Shown: positions 10,118 to 19,345, counted from the stretch's first letter. The stretch is 28,131 bases of DNA from Dehalococcoidia bacterium (GCA_023129355.1 JAGMCC010000001.1:1-28131), one strand, 5' to 3'. Numbers and translations are program-made. The notes: generated by a model from the sequence alone, not told the origin.

Positions 10118-10501
10118 ATGGCAAGGATAGCAGGGGTAGATCTCCCCAAGAACAAACGAGTCGAGATTGGATTGTGTTCCATCTATGGTGTAGGACGCTG
10201 CGTGAGCCAGAGGATCCTGGCGCAAACCGGAGTCGACCCTGATACCAAAGTCAAGGATCTCAGCGAGGGGGATGTCAGCCGGATTCGAGAGGTTATCGAT
10301 CGCGATCACGAGGTGGAAGGAGAACTGAGGCGCAAGGTCAATCTCAACATTAAGCGGCTCATCGAGATCGGTAGCTACCGTGGCATCAGGCATCGCCGTG
10401 GGTTACCCGTTCACGGGCAGCGAACCCGAACTAACGCTCGAACAAAAAAGGGTGCACGCAAGACCGTCGCCGGGCGCCGCCGCACCGTGACCAGGAAGTA
10501 A
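10118..10501 (+). CDS. rpsM: 30S ribosomal protein uS13
   Basis: [10 protein letters not shown]...IYGVGR...[23 protein letters not shown]. Confidence 0.99.
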   Translation: MARIAGVDLPKNKRVEIGLCSIYGVGRCVSQRILAQTGVDPDTKVKDLSEGDVSRIREVIDRDHEVEGELRRKVNLNIKRLIEIGSYRGIRHRRGLPVHGQRTRTNARTKKGARKTVAGRRRTVTRK

Positions 10502-10510
10502 AGGAGCGCT

Positions 10511-10906
10511 ATGCCAGACAAGAAGAAACCGACCCGGGTTAAAAGGAGGGAAAGAAAGGCCATACCCAAAGGTCGCGCCTATATCCAATCCACCTTCAAC
10601 AATACCATCATCACCCTTACCGACCCCTCGGGTAATGCCATCGCCTGGGGGAGTTCAGGCACCGCTGGCTTTAAGGGATCGCGCAAGGGAACTCCCTATG
10701 CCGCGCAGCTAGCTGCAGAACAGACGGCGAGGAGGGGGATGGAGCACGGGCTAAGGCAGGTTGAGGTCTATGTGAAGGGGCCGGGTAGCGGGCGTGAAGC
10801 GGCGATCCGCTCCCTCCAGGCGGCAGGGCTCACGATTACCGGGATCAGGGATGTAACTCCTATCCCCCACAATGGCTGCCGCCCCAGAAAGAGGAGGAGG
10901 GTATGA
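10511..10906 (+). CDS. rpsK: 30S ribosomal protein uS11
   Basis: STFNNTII...[14 protein letters not shown]...KGPGSGRE...[12 protein letters not shown]. Confidence 0.99.
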   Translation: MPDKKKPTRVKRRERKAIPKGRAYIQSTFNNTIITLTDPSGNAIAWGSSGTAGFKGSRKGTPYAAQLAAEQTARRGMEHGLRQVEVYVKGPGSGREAAIRSLQAAGLTITGIRDVTPIPHNGCRPRKRRRV

Positions 10907-10979
10907 CCACAACCTTCACCAGGATGGAGGCTACCCATGGCCTTTGACCCTGTTTGGGAGAAGGAGTAGAGCGAAAAAA

Positions 10980-11606
10980 ATGGCACGCTACATAGGACCG
11001 GTTTGTCGGCTCTGCCGGCGGCAGAACGAGAAGCTGATGTTAAAAGGGGAGAGGTGCACCAGCCGAAAGTGCGCCGTGGAGCGGCGCAGTCTGCCCCCTG
11101 GCCGGCAGCGACCGCAGCGCCGAAAAATATCCGACCGCGGTCTCCAATTGAGGGAGAAGCAGAAGGCGAGGCATACCTACGGAGTGCTGGAAAGGCAGTT
11201 TCGCAGGCATTTCGTTGAGGCGGAGAAACGGTCCGGGGTCACCGGTGAAAACCTGCTCCAGATTCTAGAGATGAGGCTTGATAACGTGGTCTACCGCCTT
11301 GGTTTTGCTGACTCGCGAAGGCAGGCTCGCCAGATAGTACGCCATGGCCATATTACCATTAATGGGCGTAAGATGAATATCCCCTCTTACGGGGTTAGGG
11401 TGGGGGACGTGATCGCGTGGTGGGAAAAGGGCACCAGAACGGAGTACTACAAGAGGATGGCTGAGCAGATCGCGGATAAGATAGTTCCCCAGTGGTTGAG
11501 CCTGGATGGTGAACAGCTCTCGGGTCGAGTCCTGTCCATGCCCAACCGCAGTGACATCGACCTTAGGATCGATGAGAAAGTCATCGTGGAGTATTATTCC
11601 CGATAG
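10980..11606 (+). CDS. rpsD: 30S ribosomal protein uS4 (Cys-containing N-terminus)
   Basis: ATG at 10980 behind AAGGAG; [14 protein letters not shown]...QLREKQK...[11 protein letters not shown]...ARQIVRHGH. Confidence 0.98.
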   Translation: MARYIGPVCRLCRRQNEKLMLKGERCTSRKCAVERRSLPPGRQRPQRRKISDRGLQLREKQKARHTYGVLERQFRRHFVEAEKRSGVTGENLLQILEMRLDNVVYRLGFADSRRQARQIVRHGHITINGRKMNIPSYGVRVGDVIAWWEKGTRTEYYKRMAEQIADKIVPQWLSLDGEQLSGRVLSMPNRSDIDLRIDEKVIVEYYSR

Positions 11607-11624
11607 TTTTTTGGAGGTAGATAC

Positions 11625-12620
11625 TTGTCTGAAATCGTCATGCCTCAAATAGAATGTGCAGAAATCTCTGACAAATATGGCCGCTTCATCACCGAGCCTC
11701 TTGAGAGGGGCTCTGGCATTACTATAGGCAATGCCCTGCGTCGGGCGCTCCTTAGCGCCCTCCCTGGTGCCGCGGTAACGTGGATCAGGATCGAGGGGTT
11801 GCAGCACGAGTTCTCTACTGTCCCCTACATGAAGGAGGACACTATAGACTTCCTCCTGAAAGTCAAGGCGATTAGGCTCCGTCCCCTCTCATCCGAGGGG
11901 GGTCAACTAATCCTTAAAGCTGAGGGCGAGGGTCACGTTCTAGCTGGTGACATCGAGCCCTCGGCCGAGTTCGAGGTGGCGAATCCCGAGCTTCACCTGG
12001 CCACCTTGGATTCCCCCGAGGCCAAGCTGATCGTGGAGTTTAATGTGGAACAGGGTAAGGGATATCGGCCTGCAAGCCAGGGCTATCGCTCGACGGGCCA
12101 GGGCGATGGTCTTCCCATAGGGGTGCTTCCTCTCGATGCTGTCTTCACCCCCGTGCGCAAGGTCAATTATAGTATCGAGAACATCAGCGTGGGGCAAATC
12201 AGCTACGAGAGGTTGATCCTCGACGTGTGGACTGATGGAACCATATCCCCGGTTGATGCGGTAAGCCGGAGCGCCCGTCTGTTAATTGAAGAACTGCAGC
12301 TATTTTATGAACTTGCTAGGGTCCCGTTACGGGTGGGGGAAAAACAGCCTCGCCTCCCCATCCCTCTGGAGCAATACAATGTGCCTATTGAGGAGCTTGG
12401 CCTTTCCGTGCGAACATTTAACTGCTTGAAGAGGGCTGGGATCACCAAGGCAGGGGAGCTATTTGAGAAGAGCGAGAAGGAATTGCTTAACATAAAAAAC
12501 TTCGGGGAGAAGACGATGGAGGAGGTGATGGGGCAGCTTAGGGCGAAGGGTTTCGTCTTAGAGGAGGGTGAGGAAGAGGAGGGCGGCCAGGCTGAAGATG
12601 GACCAGAGGAGGAAGTTTAG
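11625..12620 (+). CDS. rpoA: RNA polymerase subunit alpha
   Basis: EPLERGSGITIGNALRRALLS...LDAVFTPVRKV...IEELGLSVRTFNCLKRAGI; TTG start behind GGAGG. Confidence 0.98.
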   Translation: MSEIVMPQIECAEISDKYGRFITEPLERGSGITIGNALRRALLSALPGAAVTWIRIEGLQHEFSTVPYMKEDTIDFLLKVKAIRLRPLSSEGGQLILKAEGEGHVLAGDIEPSAEFEVANPELHLATLDSPEAKLIVEFNVEQGKGYRPASQGYRSTGQGDGLPIGVLPLDAVFTPVRKVNYSIENISVGQISYERLILDVWTDGTISPVDAVSRSARLLIEELQLFYELARVPLRVGEKQPRLPIPLEQYNVPIEELGLSVRTFNCLKRAGITKAGELFEKSEKELLNIKNFGEKTMEEVMGQLRAKGFVLEEGEEEEGGQAEDGPEEEV

Positions 12621-12623
12621 CGC

Positions 12624-12977
12624 ATGAGGCACCGTGTTGCCGGTCGAAGACTCTCCAGGCCGACAGGTCACCGGGTTTTGATGTATCGGAACCTGGTAAC
12701 CGATCTTTTGAGATATGGAAAGATAGTGACCACCGAGGCCAAAGCGAAACAGGTCCAGGGCATGGCAGAGAGGATAATTACACTGGGCAAGGGCGGCACC
12801 CTACATAGCCGTCGCCAGGCGCTGGCATTTGTAACCGATAAGAAGGTGGTGACGAAAGTGTTTGATGAGCTTGCCCCCAGGTATGCACAGCGCCCTGGTG
12901 GCTATGCTCGGATAATTAAAATTGGCCCTCGCCATGGCGATGGCGCGCGCATGGCACAGCTGGAGTTGGTGGAGTAA
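12624..12977 (+). CDS. rplQ: 50S ribosomal protein bL17
   Basis: [12 protein letters not shown]...IVTTEAKAK...RPGGYARI...GDGARMA. Confidence 0.98.
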   Translation: MRHRVAGRRLSRPTGHRVLMYRNLVTDLLRYGKIVTTEAKAKQVQGMAERIITLGKGGTLHSRRQALAFVTDKKVVTKVFDELAPRYAQRPGGYARIIKIGPRHGDGARMAQLELVE

Positions 12978-12979
12978 TT

Positions 12980-13726
12980 ATGAAGATCGCCCTTATTATG
13001 GAATATGAAGGCACCAGATACCATGGATCTCAGATTCAGGAAAGGGTGCCTACCATTCAGGGTGAGCTTGAGCGTGCCCTGATGATGGTTACCGGGAAGA
13101 AGATTCGCACCTCATATGCCTCACGTACCGACCGGGGGGTTCACGCTAAAGGGCAGGTGGTTGCCTTTCCCTCCCATTCTCCACTTCCCCCCAAAACCAT
13201 TGTCCATGCGTTAAACTATTATCTGCCAGAGGATATTGCTATTAGGGATGCTTTTGTGGCGAACGATGATTTCGATCCCAGGAGAGATGCTTTTAGCAGG
13301 GAGTATTGCTACTACATATGGAATAGCGCGACCCCTTCTCCTCTACTGCGGAGGAGTGCCTATTTTGTGCCCAGGCGCCTTGAGGTCGCAGCGATGAACG
13401 AGGCCTGCCAGGCCATTTTGGGGACACATGATTTCGCCCCCTTTGCCAGCTCTCTCAACGGTGGAAAGAATACGGTGCGTACCGTTTATCGGGCGATGGT
13501 GGCCATAGAGGGCGATTTAGTGAGCTGCCATATGGTGGCCAATTCATTCCTACCCCATCAGGTACGCAATACCATGGGCGCCCTGGTGAAGGTGGGACTG
13601 GGGAAGAGCGATGTGGCAGCCTTTTACGATATTTTGCAATCAAAAAAGCCCACTCAAGCGGGGCCTGCCCTCCCGCCACATGGGCTGTGTCTTTTGAAGG
13701 TTAATTACACTAATTGGGTGAAATGA
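12980..13726 (+). CDS. truA: tRNA pseudouridine(38-40) synthase
   Basis: EYEGTRYHG, SRTDRGVHA (catalytic Asp), GTHDFAPF, NSFLPHQVR, GLCLLKVNY. Confidence 0.95.
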   Translation: MKIALIMEYEGTRYHGSQIQERVPTIQGELERALMMVTGKKIRTSYASRTDRGVHAKGQVVAFPSHSPLPPKTIVHALNYYLPEDIAIRDAFVANDDFDPRRDAFSREYCYYIWNSATPSPLLRRSAYFVPRRLEVAAMNEACQAILGTHDFAPFASSLNGGKNTVRTVYRAMVAIEGDLVSCHMVANSFLPHQVRNTMGALVKVGLGKSDVAAFYDILQSKKPTQAGPALPPHGLCLLKVNYTNWVK

Positions 13727-14190
13727 AGACTTATAGAACGAAATCCTCGGACCTCACTCCTCAGTGGCATGTTTTCGATGCATCAGGGAGGATCCTAGGG
13801 CAGCTAGCATCAGAGGTAGCTACACTGCTCTTGGGCAAACACAAGCCTATATACTCCCCTCACCTGAATACCGGGGACTTCGTCATCGTGGTAAATGCGG
13901 CGAAGGTCAGGGTGACCGGTAACAAGGCTCAGCAAAAGTTCTACTATCGTCATTCTAATTATCCCGGCGGACTCAAGGGCACCACCTTTGCCAAGATGAT
14001 AGAGACCCACCCCACTCGGGTGATCGAATCTGCTGTGAAGGGGATGATTCCCCACAATCGGCTGGGCCGGGATATGATGAGGAGGCTTAAGGTCTATACG
14101 GGAGATACGCATCCCCACCAAGCTCAGGTGGAGAAATCCAAGGGAGGTGACGCTCCAGATGGGGACGTACCGAAGAGGAGGCGTGGTTGA
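13723..14190 (+). CDS. rplM: 50S ribosomal protein uL13
   Basis: ATGA overlap with truA; WHVFDA...GKHKPIYSPH..GDFVIVVNA...YPGGLK...AVKGMIP...HPHQAQ. Confidence 0.97.
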   Translation: MKTYRTKSSDLTPQWHVFDASGRILGQLASEVATLLLGKHKPIYSPHLNTGDFVIVVNAAKVRVTGNKAQQKFYYRHSNYPGGLKGTTFAKMIETHPTRVIESAVKGMIPHNRLGRDMMRRLKVYTGDTHPHQAQVEKSKGGDAPDGDVPKRRRG

Positions 14191-14582
14191 ACGATAAGGG
14201 CTACTATTATGCCACGGGAAGAAGGAAGAACGCGGTGGCTCGTGTGAGGCTGTTTCCGGGGGCGGGCGCCATTGTTATCAATGGCGAGCCCTATGAGAAG
14301 CTAATACCTCAGGAGAGGCTCAGGAAGGCGATCATGGAGCCGATGGTGGTAACCGATAGCCAGGAAAGGTTCAGTATTAGCGTTAAGGTGACTGGGGGTG
14401 GGTATGTGGGGCAGGCCGGTGCCATCCGACATGGGATTGCCCGCGCCCTGGTGGTGGCTGATGGGAACCTGCGTCCACTACTGCGCAGTTATGGGCTGCT
14501 TACCCGTGACCCTCGAGTGAAGGAACGAAAGAAATACGGGCTGGTCCGTGCCCGCAAAGCAAAGCAATACACCAAGCGATAA
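14187..14582 (+). CDS. rpsI: 30S ribosomal protein uS9
   Basis: ATGRRKNAVARV...GGGYVGQAGAIRHGIARAL...LTRDPRVKERKKYG...QYTKR. Confidence 0.98.
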   Translation: MNDKGYYYATGRRKNAVARVRLFPGAGAIVINGEPYEKLIPQERLRKAIMEPMVVTDSQERFSISVKVTGGGYVGQAGAIRHGIARALVVADGNLRPLLRSYGLLTRDPRVKERKKYGLVRARKAKQYTKR

Positions 14583-14586
14583 AATT

Positions 14587-15786
14587 TCAGATGCTCCTGG
14601 GTAGCCCCAGCCCCCTCTCAGCGATGATGTTGCGCAGGATCTCCGAGGTGCCCGCAGCGATTAGCATGCCAACTGAGTTCATATACGTATCCGCTATCGT
14701 TCCCTGGAGTGGAGCCCATTTTGAGCCTAGCCATAGCTGCCCATAGAGTCCCATAATCTGGGTCCCCACATCGGTCATCTGCTGAAGGGTTTCAGAGGCG
14801 AACACCTTAATCATAGGAGCTTCATAACCGGGTATCTCCCCTTTTGTTTGCTGCCAAACGATGCGATAGCTCATCACGCGAGCAATCTCGACCTCAATGG
14901 CCAGCTCCGCGAGCTTCTGTCTTATAGAGGGGTCTTTACCCAGGGGCTGCCCATTAACCTTGGTTTCCTTGGCAAACTTTACTAGTTCCTCGATTAGTCG
15001 CCGGGCGCCAGCGGCGAACATAACGCCCATGGTCCTCTCGAAGGCCATGGCAATCATAGTATGATACCAGCCGCGATTCTCCTCACCTATCAAGTTCCTT
15101 TTGGGGACATGCACATCGTCGAAGAAGACCTCGTTAAAAAAGTGATGCCCAGCCATGTTTAACAGGGGACGCACTGTGATGCCCGGGGTCTTCATATCGA
15201 CAAGGAGGAGGCTGATGCCGTGGTGCTTTTTAGAGGCATCGGGATCGGTCTTGACCAGCAGCCAGCCCCAATCGGCAATGTGAGCGGCGCTAGTCCATAC
15301 CTTCTGCCCGTTTATAATGTACTCATCCCCCTGGAGTACAGCACGGCACATCACATTAGCCATGTCCGAGCCAGCGCCGGGCTCGCTATACATGGTGCAC
15401 CACCATTTCTCCCCGGCGGCCAGTGGCGGCAGATGTTCATTCTTCTGTTCCGGAGTGCCCAGAAGGAGCAGGGTGGGGCCAACCCAGGTTATCCCGCCGA
15501 CGCCCATATCTATACCGGGCAATTGGTGATAGGCTGCCTCCTCCTTAAAGATCATGTGCTTAATTGGAGAGACCTCCAGCCCGCCGTACTCTTTGGGCCA
15601 GTTCATGGCAAGCCATTGCTTTTCCCCCAACTTCTTTGCTACCTGCTTGGTTAATTCAAAGTTCTGGGGATCAAACTCGGTCTCCAGATCTCCCCAGTAT
15701 CCTGATGGCAGTTGAAGCTCCTGCTTGATAAAATGTTGCACCTCCTGGCGAAATGCTTCTTCCTCTGGAGTAAATCTAAAATCCAT
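14587..15786 (-). CDS. Acyl-CoA dehydrogenase family protein
   Basis: MDFRFTPEEEAFR...GTPEQK...YSEPGAGSD...INGQKVWTS...FNEVFFDDV...AGTSEILRNIIA. Confidence 0.93.
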   Translation of the reverse strand: MDFRFTPEEEAFRQEVQHFIKQELQLPSGYWGDLETEFDPQNFELTKQVAKKLGEKQWLAMNWPKEYGGLEVSPIKHMIFKEEAAYHQLPGIDMGVGGITWVGPTLLLLGTPEQKNEHLPPLAAGEKWWCTMYSEPGAGSDMANVMCRAVLQGDEYIINGQKVWTSAAHIADWGWLLVKTDPDASKKHHGISLLLVDMKTPGITVRPLLNMAGHHFFNEVFFDDVHVPKRNLIGEENRGWYHTMIAMAFERTMGVMFAAGARRLIEELVKFAKETKVNGQPLGKDPSIRQKLAELAIEVEIARVMSYRIVWQQTKGEIPGYEAPMIKVFASETLQQMTDVGTQIMGLYGQLWLGSKWAPLQGTIADTYMNSVGMLIAAGTSEILRNIIAERGLGLPRSI

Positions 15787-15826
15787 ACCGGTACCCCTTT
15801 CCGCAGAAATGCTTTCTATTTCAGCG

Positions 15827-16894
15827 CTACATCTCCGCTTCAGCGAGTCGTGCCTTCAGATAATCGATGGCGGCCACCGGGGAAGGATCGACTTCATTCA
15901 GAAGTGCCAGGTAGTAGCTAACATAGTCGCCCAGAAGCACCGAACTCATCATATGGCTCAGCGGGCTATCACCTTTAGCCTCCACCACCTCATGGGTAAT
16001 CCCAGCCTCGGCAAGGAGCTCACAAGTAACCGTATAGCGGACTAGGATGCGGGGATGAAGTAAAGCGGAGCGCAGCATTATAATGAAGGCCTTTTGGCCG
16101 AGCCAGGCGGGATATCTATAGCCGACCACAGCATTGTGGTTCAGCTCAGGAAAGCACTCAGCGAAGGCCCAGACCTTGCTACACTCGTTTAACTGGGTCT
16201 TCCAGCGATAGGCCACCTTGGAGAGGTTACCCGCCCCATAGATAGTCACCAAACGCCCCAGAAGCTTGGTGGCTAATTGCTTTGCCGGGTTTGCCTTGAG
16301 CGAGACACCCTTGTCCAGACTTAGCGATAAATCCTCAAGAACTCTTATCGTTTCATCTACATCCTGCTCCTTGATAGCGATAAGCCCTAGCTTTTGAAAA
16401 AATGCCAGGATTGAAAAGAAGCTGTAGCCAAAGGCGGCGCGGGGTTCCGCTTTATAGTGGAAGGTAAACACGGGAATGCCATTTTCTGCAGAGAGGGTCT
16501 GTAATCTGCCCCCGGTAGTGATCGCCAGCTTCTTGGCGGGTGTATGCAGAGCCTGGGAGAAGGCGGAGAGGGTCTCCTCGGTGTCACCGGAATAGCTGGA
16601 GGCGATGACTAGGGTCCGCTCATCTACCAATTGGGGTAGATTGTAGTCCCGATACACCAGAACGGTAATCTTACCCTCCGTCATGGTCAAGGCGCGTACC
16701 AGGTCACCGCCGATAGCGGATCCCCCCATTCCCAGGATTACTACCTTGTCCACATTGGAGTAATCAGAGGGCAGAGGGAGGTCGAGAGCGCTCTGCCATG
16801 CCTGGAGACACTGCTTAGGCAATTCGCCGATTCGCCCTATCATATTAGAGGTATCGAGCCTTTGGTACACCTCGTGGGCATCCAGGTTTACCAT
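15827..16894 (-). CDS. Bifunctional phosphoglucose/phosphomannose isomerase (SIS-domain PGI/PMI)
   Basis: ILGMGGSAIGG, SSYSGDTEET, PRAAF, RWKTQLNE, PELNHN, IDYLK. Confidence 0.9.
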   Translation of the reverse strand: MVNLDAHEVYQRLDTSNMIGRIGELPKQCLQAWQSALDLPLPSDYSNVDKVVILGMGGSAIGGDLVRALTMTEGKITVLVYRDYNLPQLVDERTLVIASSYSGDTEETLSAFSQALHTPAKKLAITTGGRLQTLSAENGIPVFTFHYKAEPRAAFGYSFFSILAFFQKLGLIAIKEQDVDETIRVLEDLSLSLDKGVSLKANPAKQLATKLLGRLVTIYGAGNLSKVAYRWKTQLNECSKVWAFAECFPELNHNAVVGYRYPAWLGQKAFIIMLRSALLHPRILVRYTVTCELLAEAGITHEVVEAKGDSPLSHMMSSVLLGDYVSYYLALLNEVDPSPVAAIDYLKARLAEAEM

Positions 16895-16897
16895 TAC

Positions 16898-18322
16898 CTA
16901 AACCCCCGCCATTCTTCTTCCCGTGGCGAGGAGCTCCTTAACCCGGGCGGGGCTATCGCTCTCGGCGTAGATGCGAAGAATAGGCTCGGTCCCCGAAAAG
17001 CGGATGAGCAGCCAGGTGCGATCCGCCAGCAAGAAGCGGAAGCCATCGCTGGTATCTAACCCGGTGACCGTGGTGTTCTCGATATGGCTGGGCTTGCTAA
17101 TGGAGAGGCGTTGGGTGATTGCTTCCCGTTCCCCAGAGGGGAATTCGACGTCAATACGCTCGTAGTAGTGGGGCCCCACCTTGCTGAAGAGGTAGTCTAC
17201 TAGTTGGGAGGGGCTCTTTTGCTCTCTGACCATCAGGTCGAGAAAGAAGAGGCCGGAGAGGATTCCATCACGCTCCGGCATATGGCTGCGGAAAGCGAAG
17301 CCGCCGCTCTCTTCACCTCCGATCAGGGCACCCTCGGCGATCATCTTTGGGGCCACATACTTGAAGCCCACGGCAGTTTCGTGTACCGGCACCCCATAAA
17401 GCTCTCCTAATCGATAGAGCATGCTCGTCGATGTTATCGTCTTGATGATGGCGCCACGCTGGTCGCAGACCTCCAGAAGGTATAGGGCAAGCAGTGCAAA
17501 GACCTGAAGGGGGGTAAGAAATTCTCCCCGCTCATCTAGGATGCCGATGCGGTCGGCATCGCCATCGGTGGCCAGGCCCACGCTGGCCCCGTCCCCTTTC
17601 ACCCTGGCGGAAAGCTCGATCAGGTTTGAGGCTATGGGTTCAGGCTGGAGGCCAGGGAATAGCGGATTTCGCTCGCCGTGTATCTCGGTGACCTCCGTGG
17701 CGCCCCCGCTCAGAATGCTACGGAAGTATCCCATCCCCGCCCCGTACATCGAATCCACCAGCACCTTCAGTCCGCTCTGGCGCAGCCTCTCCAGGTCAAC
17801 CAACTCCCCGATATGATGAACATAGGGAGGGGAGGGGTCGAACCTCGCCACTATTCCCTCATTTAGTGCTTTATCCAGGGGCATCTGCTTCACCATACCA
17901 CTGGCCTGGATCCGGGAGATATGCCTCTCCAGCTCGGCGATAACCTCTGGAGAGGCGCTGCGGGCGCTTTCCAGCTTGTACTTGAAACCATTCCATGCTG
18001 CCGGGTTGTGGCTTGCAGTGATCACGATCGCCCCACCAGCCTGTTTCACTAGGATGGCGTAACTAATTAGCGGTATGGGGGTAGCCTCTTGGCAAAGGTG
18101 AACCCTGATCCCATTGGCGGCAGCAACCTCGGCGGCGGCGGCAGCGAAATCCTCGGATGCGAACCTGGTATCATAACCCACAATCAGGCCTCGAGGGGCA
18201 AGACCCGCACCATTAAGGTAATCGGCCACGCTCTGGGCACATATCCTCACGTTATCAAAGGTGAAATCATCGGCGATAACCCCTCGCCAGCCATCGGTGC
18301 CAAATCTAATGGGAGTGGCCAA
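16898..18322 (-). CDS. Phosphoglucomutase/phosphomannomutase family protein
   Basis: FGTDGWRG, ITASHNP (phospho-Ser loop), ATDGDADR, GEESGG, RFSGTEP. Confidence 0.95.
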   Translation of the reverse strand: MATPIRFGTDGWRGVIADDFTFDNVRICAQSVADYLNGAGLAPRGLIVGYDTRFASEDFAAAAAEVAAANGIRVHLCQEATPIPLISYAILVKQAGGAIVITASHNPAAWNGFKYKLESARSASPEVIAELERHISRIQASGMVKQMPLDKALNEGIVARFDPSPPYVHHIGELVDLERLRQSGLKVLVDSMYGAGMGYFRSILSGGATEVTEIHGERNPLFPGLQPEPIASNLIELSARVKGDGASVGLATDGDADRIGILDERGEFLTPLQVFALLALYLLEVCDQRGAIIKTITSTSMLYRLGELYGVPVHETAVGFKYVAPKMIAEGALIGGEESGGFAFRSHMPERDGILSGLFFLDLMVREQKSPSQLVDYLFSKVGPHYYERIDVEFPSGEREAITQRLSISKPSHIENTTVTGLDTSDGFRFLLADRTWLLIRFSGTEPILRIYAESDSPARVKELLATGRRMAGV

Positions 18323-18323
18323 T

Positions 18324-19343
18324 CTAAACCCTTTCTCGCCAATAGTCTAGGAGGTCCTTCAGGGTCTTTTCGAAGGGGATTTGAGGCTGCCATCCGGTGA
18401 ACTTACGGAACTTGGTGGCGTCGCAGATAAGTACCTTCGCATCGGAGGGACGAAGCCGAGCGGGATCCAACTTGACCTCGATGCTGGCATCGGTCATGCC
18501 TAGGAGCATATCAAGCATCTCCCTCACCTCCCTTGCCACACCGCTGCCGATATTATAAACCTCCCCGGGGGTGCCCTTTTCTACTACCAGCCAGTATGCC
18601 TTCACGAAGTCCCGTACATCAGACCAGTCTCGCTTGCTAGAAAGGTCGCCGGTATAGAGCACCGCATCTTTAAGCCCCTTCTCGATCTCAGCGATCTGCT
18701 TTGCCAGGCTTGAGGTGACGAACACCTCCCCTCTCCTCGGTCCCTCGTGGTTGAACCCACGACTGACAATGGTCTTCAGGCCATAGCTCCTGAAGTATTG
18801 ATAGGCGAGCATCTCCTGGGCTACCTTACTCACACCGTAGGGGCTTAAGGGGCGAAGGGGATTGGACTCCGTCACCGGCAGCTCATTGGGCAGGACGTAG
18901 CCATACTCCTCAGAGGAGCCTGCGATATGTATTATCGGGTCGATACCCGCGGCCCGCACCGCCTCTAGGAGGTTAACCGTTCCAACGATATTTGTGTGGA
19001 GGGTTTCCGCAGGGGCAATCCATGAGACAGGGACATAGCTTTGGGCGGCAAGATGAAAGATGCGATCCGGTCTTACCATGGCGACCACTCGCTTCATGGA
19101 GAATGGATCAGTTATGTCCGCCTCCATGAGGTTAAGTTTCGATGAATTGATTCTATTGGGCAGCGTCGGCTCGAGGTCGCTGGCGATGATGTTTAGCCTC
19201 CCATCCTCTTTCAGCTTATCGAGGTTATCCATTCTGCTGCGCCAGCGAAATGTGCCATAGACCTCCAACCCTTCCCCTTGTAGCAGATATTCCGCAAGGT
19301 GACTGCCTGCCATCCCTGTAACACCGGTGATAAAGATGCGCAC
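18324..19343 (-). CDS. GDP-mannose 4,6-dehydratase / GDP-4-keto-6-deoxy-D-mannose reductase family SDR
   Basis: ITGVTGMAGSHL, HLAAQSYV, GSSEEYG, YGVSK (YxxxK), FNHEGPRRG, RDWSDVRD. Confidence 0.85.
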   Translation of the reverse strand: MRIFITGVTGMAGSHLAEYLLQGEGLEVYGTFRWRSRMDNLDKLKEDGRLNIIASDLEPTLPNRINSSKLNLMEADITDPFSMKRVVAMVRPDRIFHLAAQSYVPVSWIAPAETLHTNIVGTVNLLEAVRAAGIDPIIHIAGSSEEYGYVLPNELPVTESNPLRPLSPYGVSKVAQEMLAYQYFRSYGLKTIVSRGFNHEGPRRGEVFVTSSLAKQIAEIEKGLKDAVLYTGDLSSKRDWSDVRDFVKAYWLVVEKGTPGEVYNIGSGVAREVREMLDMLLGMTDASIEVKLDPARLRPSDAKVLICDATKFRKFTGWQPQIPFEKTLKDLLDYWRERV

Positions 19344-19345
19344 CT

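Noticed and set aside
2461-13722. Longer ORF-track starts for rpmC (2461), rplE (3631), rpmD (6299), map (8909), rpsD (10872), rplM (13714)
   Set aside because: They add non-homologous N-termini overlapping upstream genes; downstream starts match the expected N-termini and most have an SD or a stop-start overlap.
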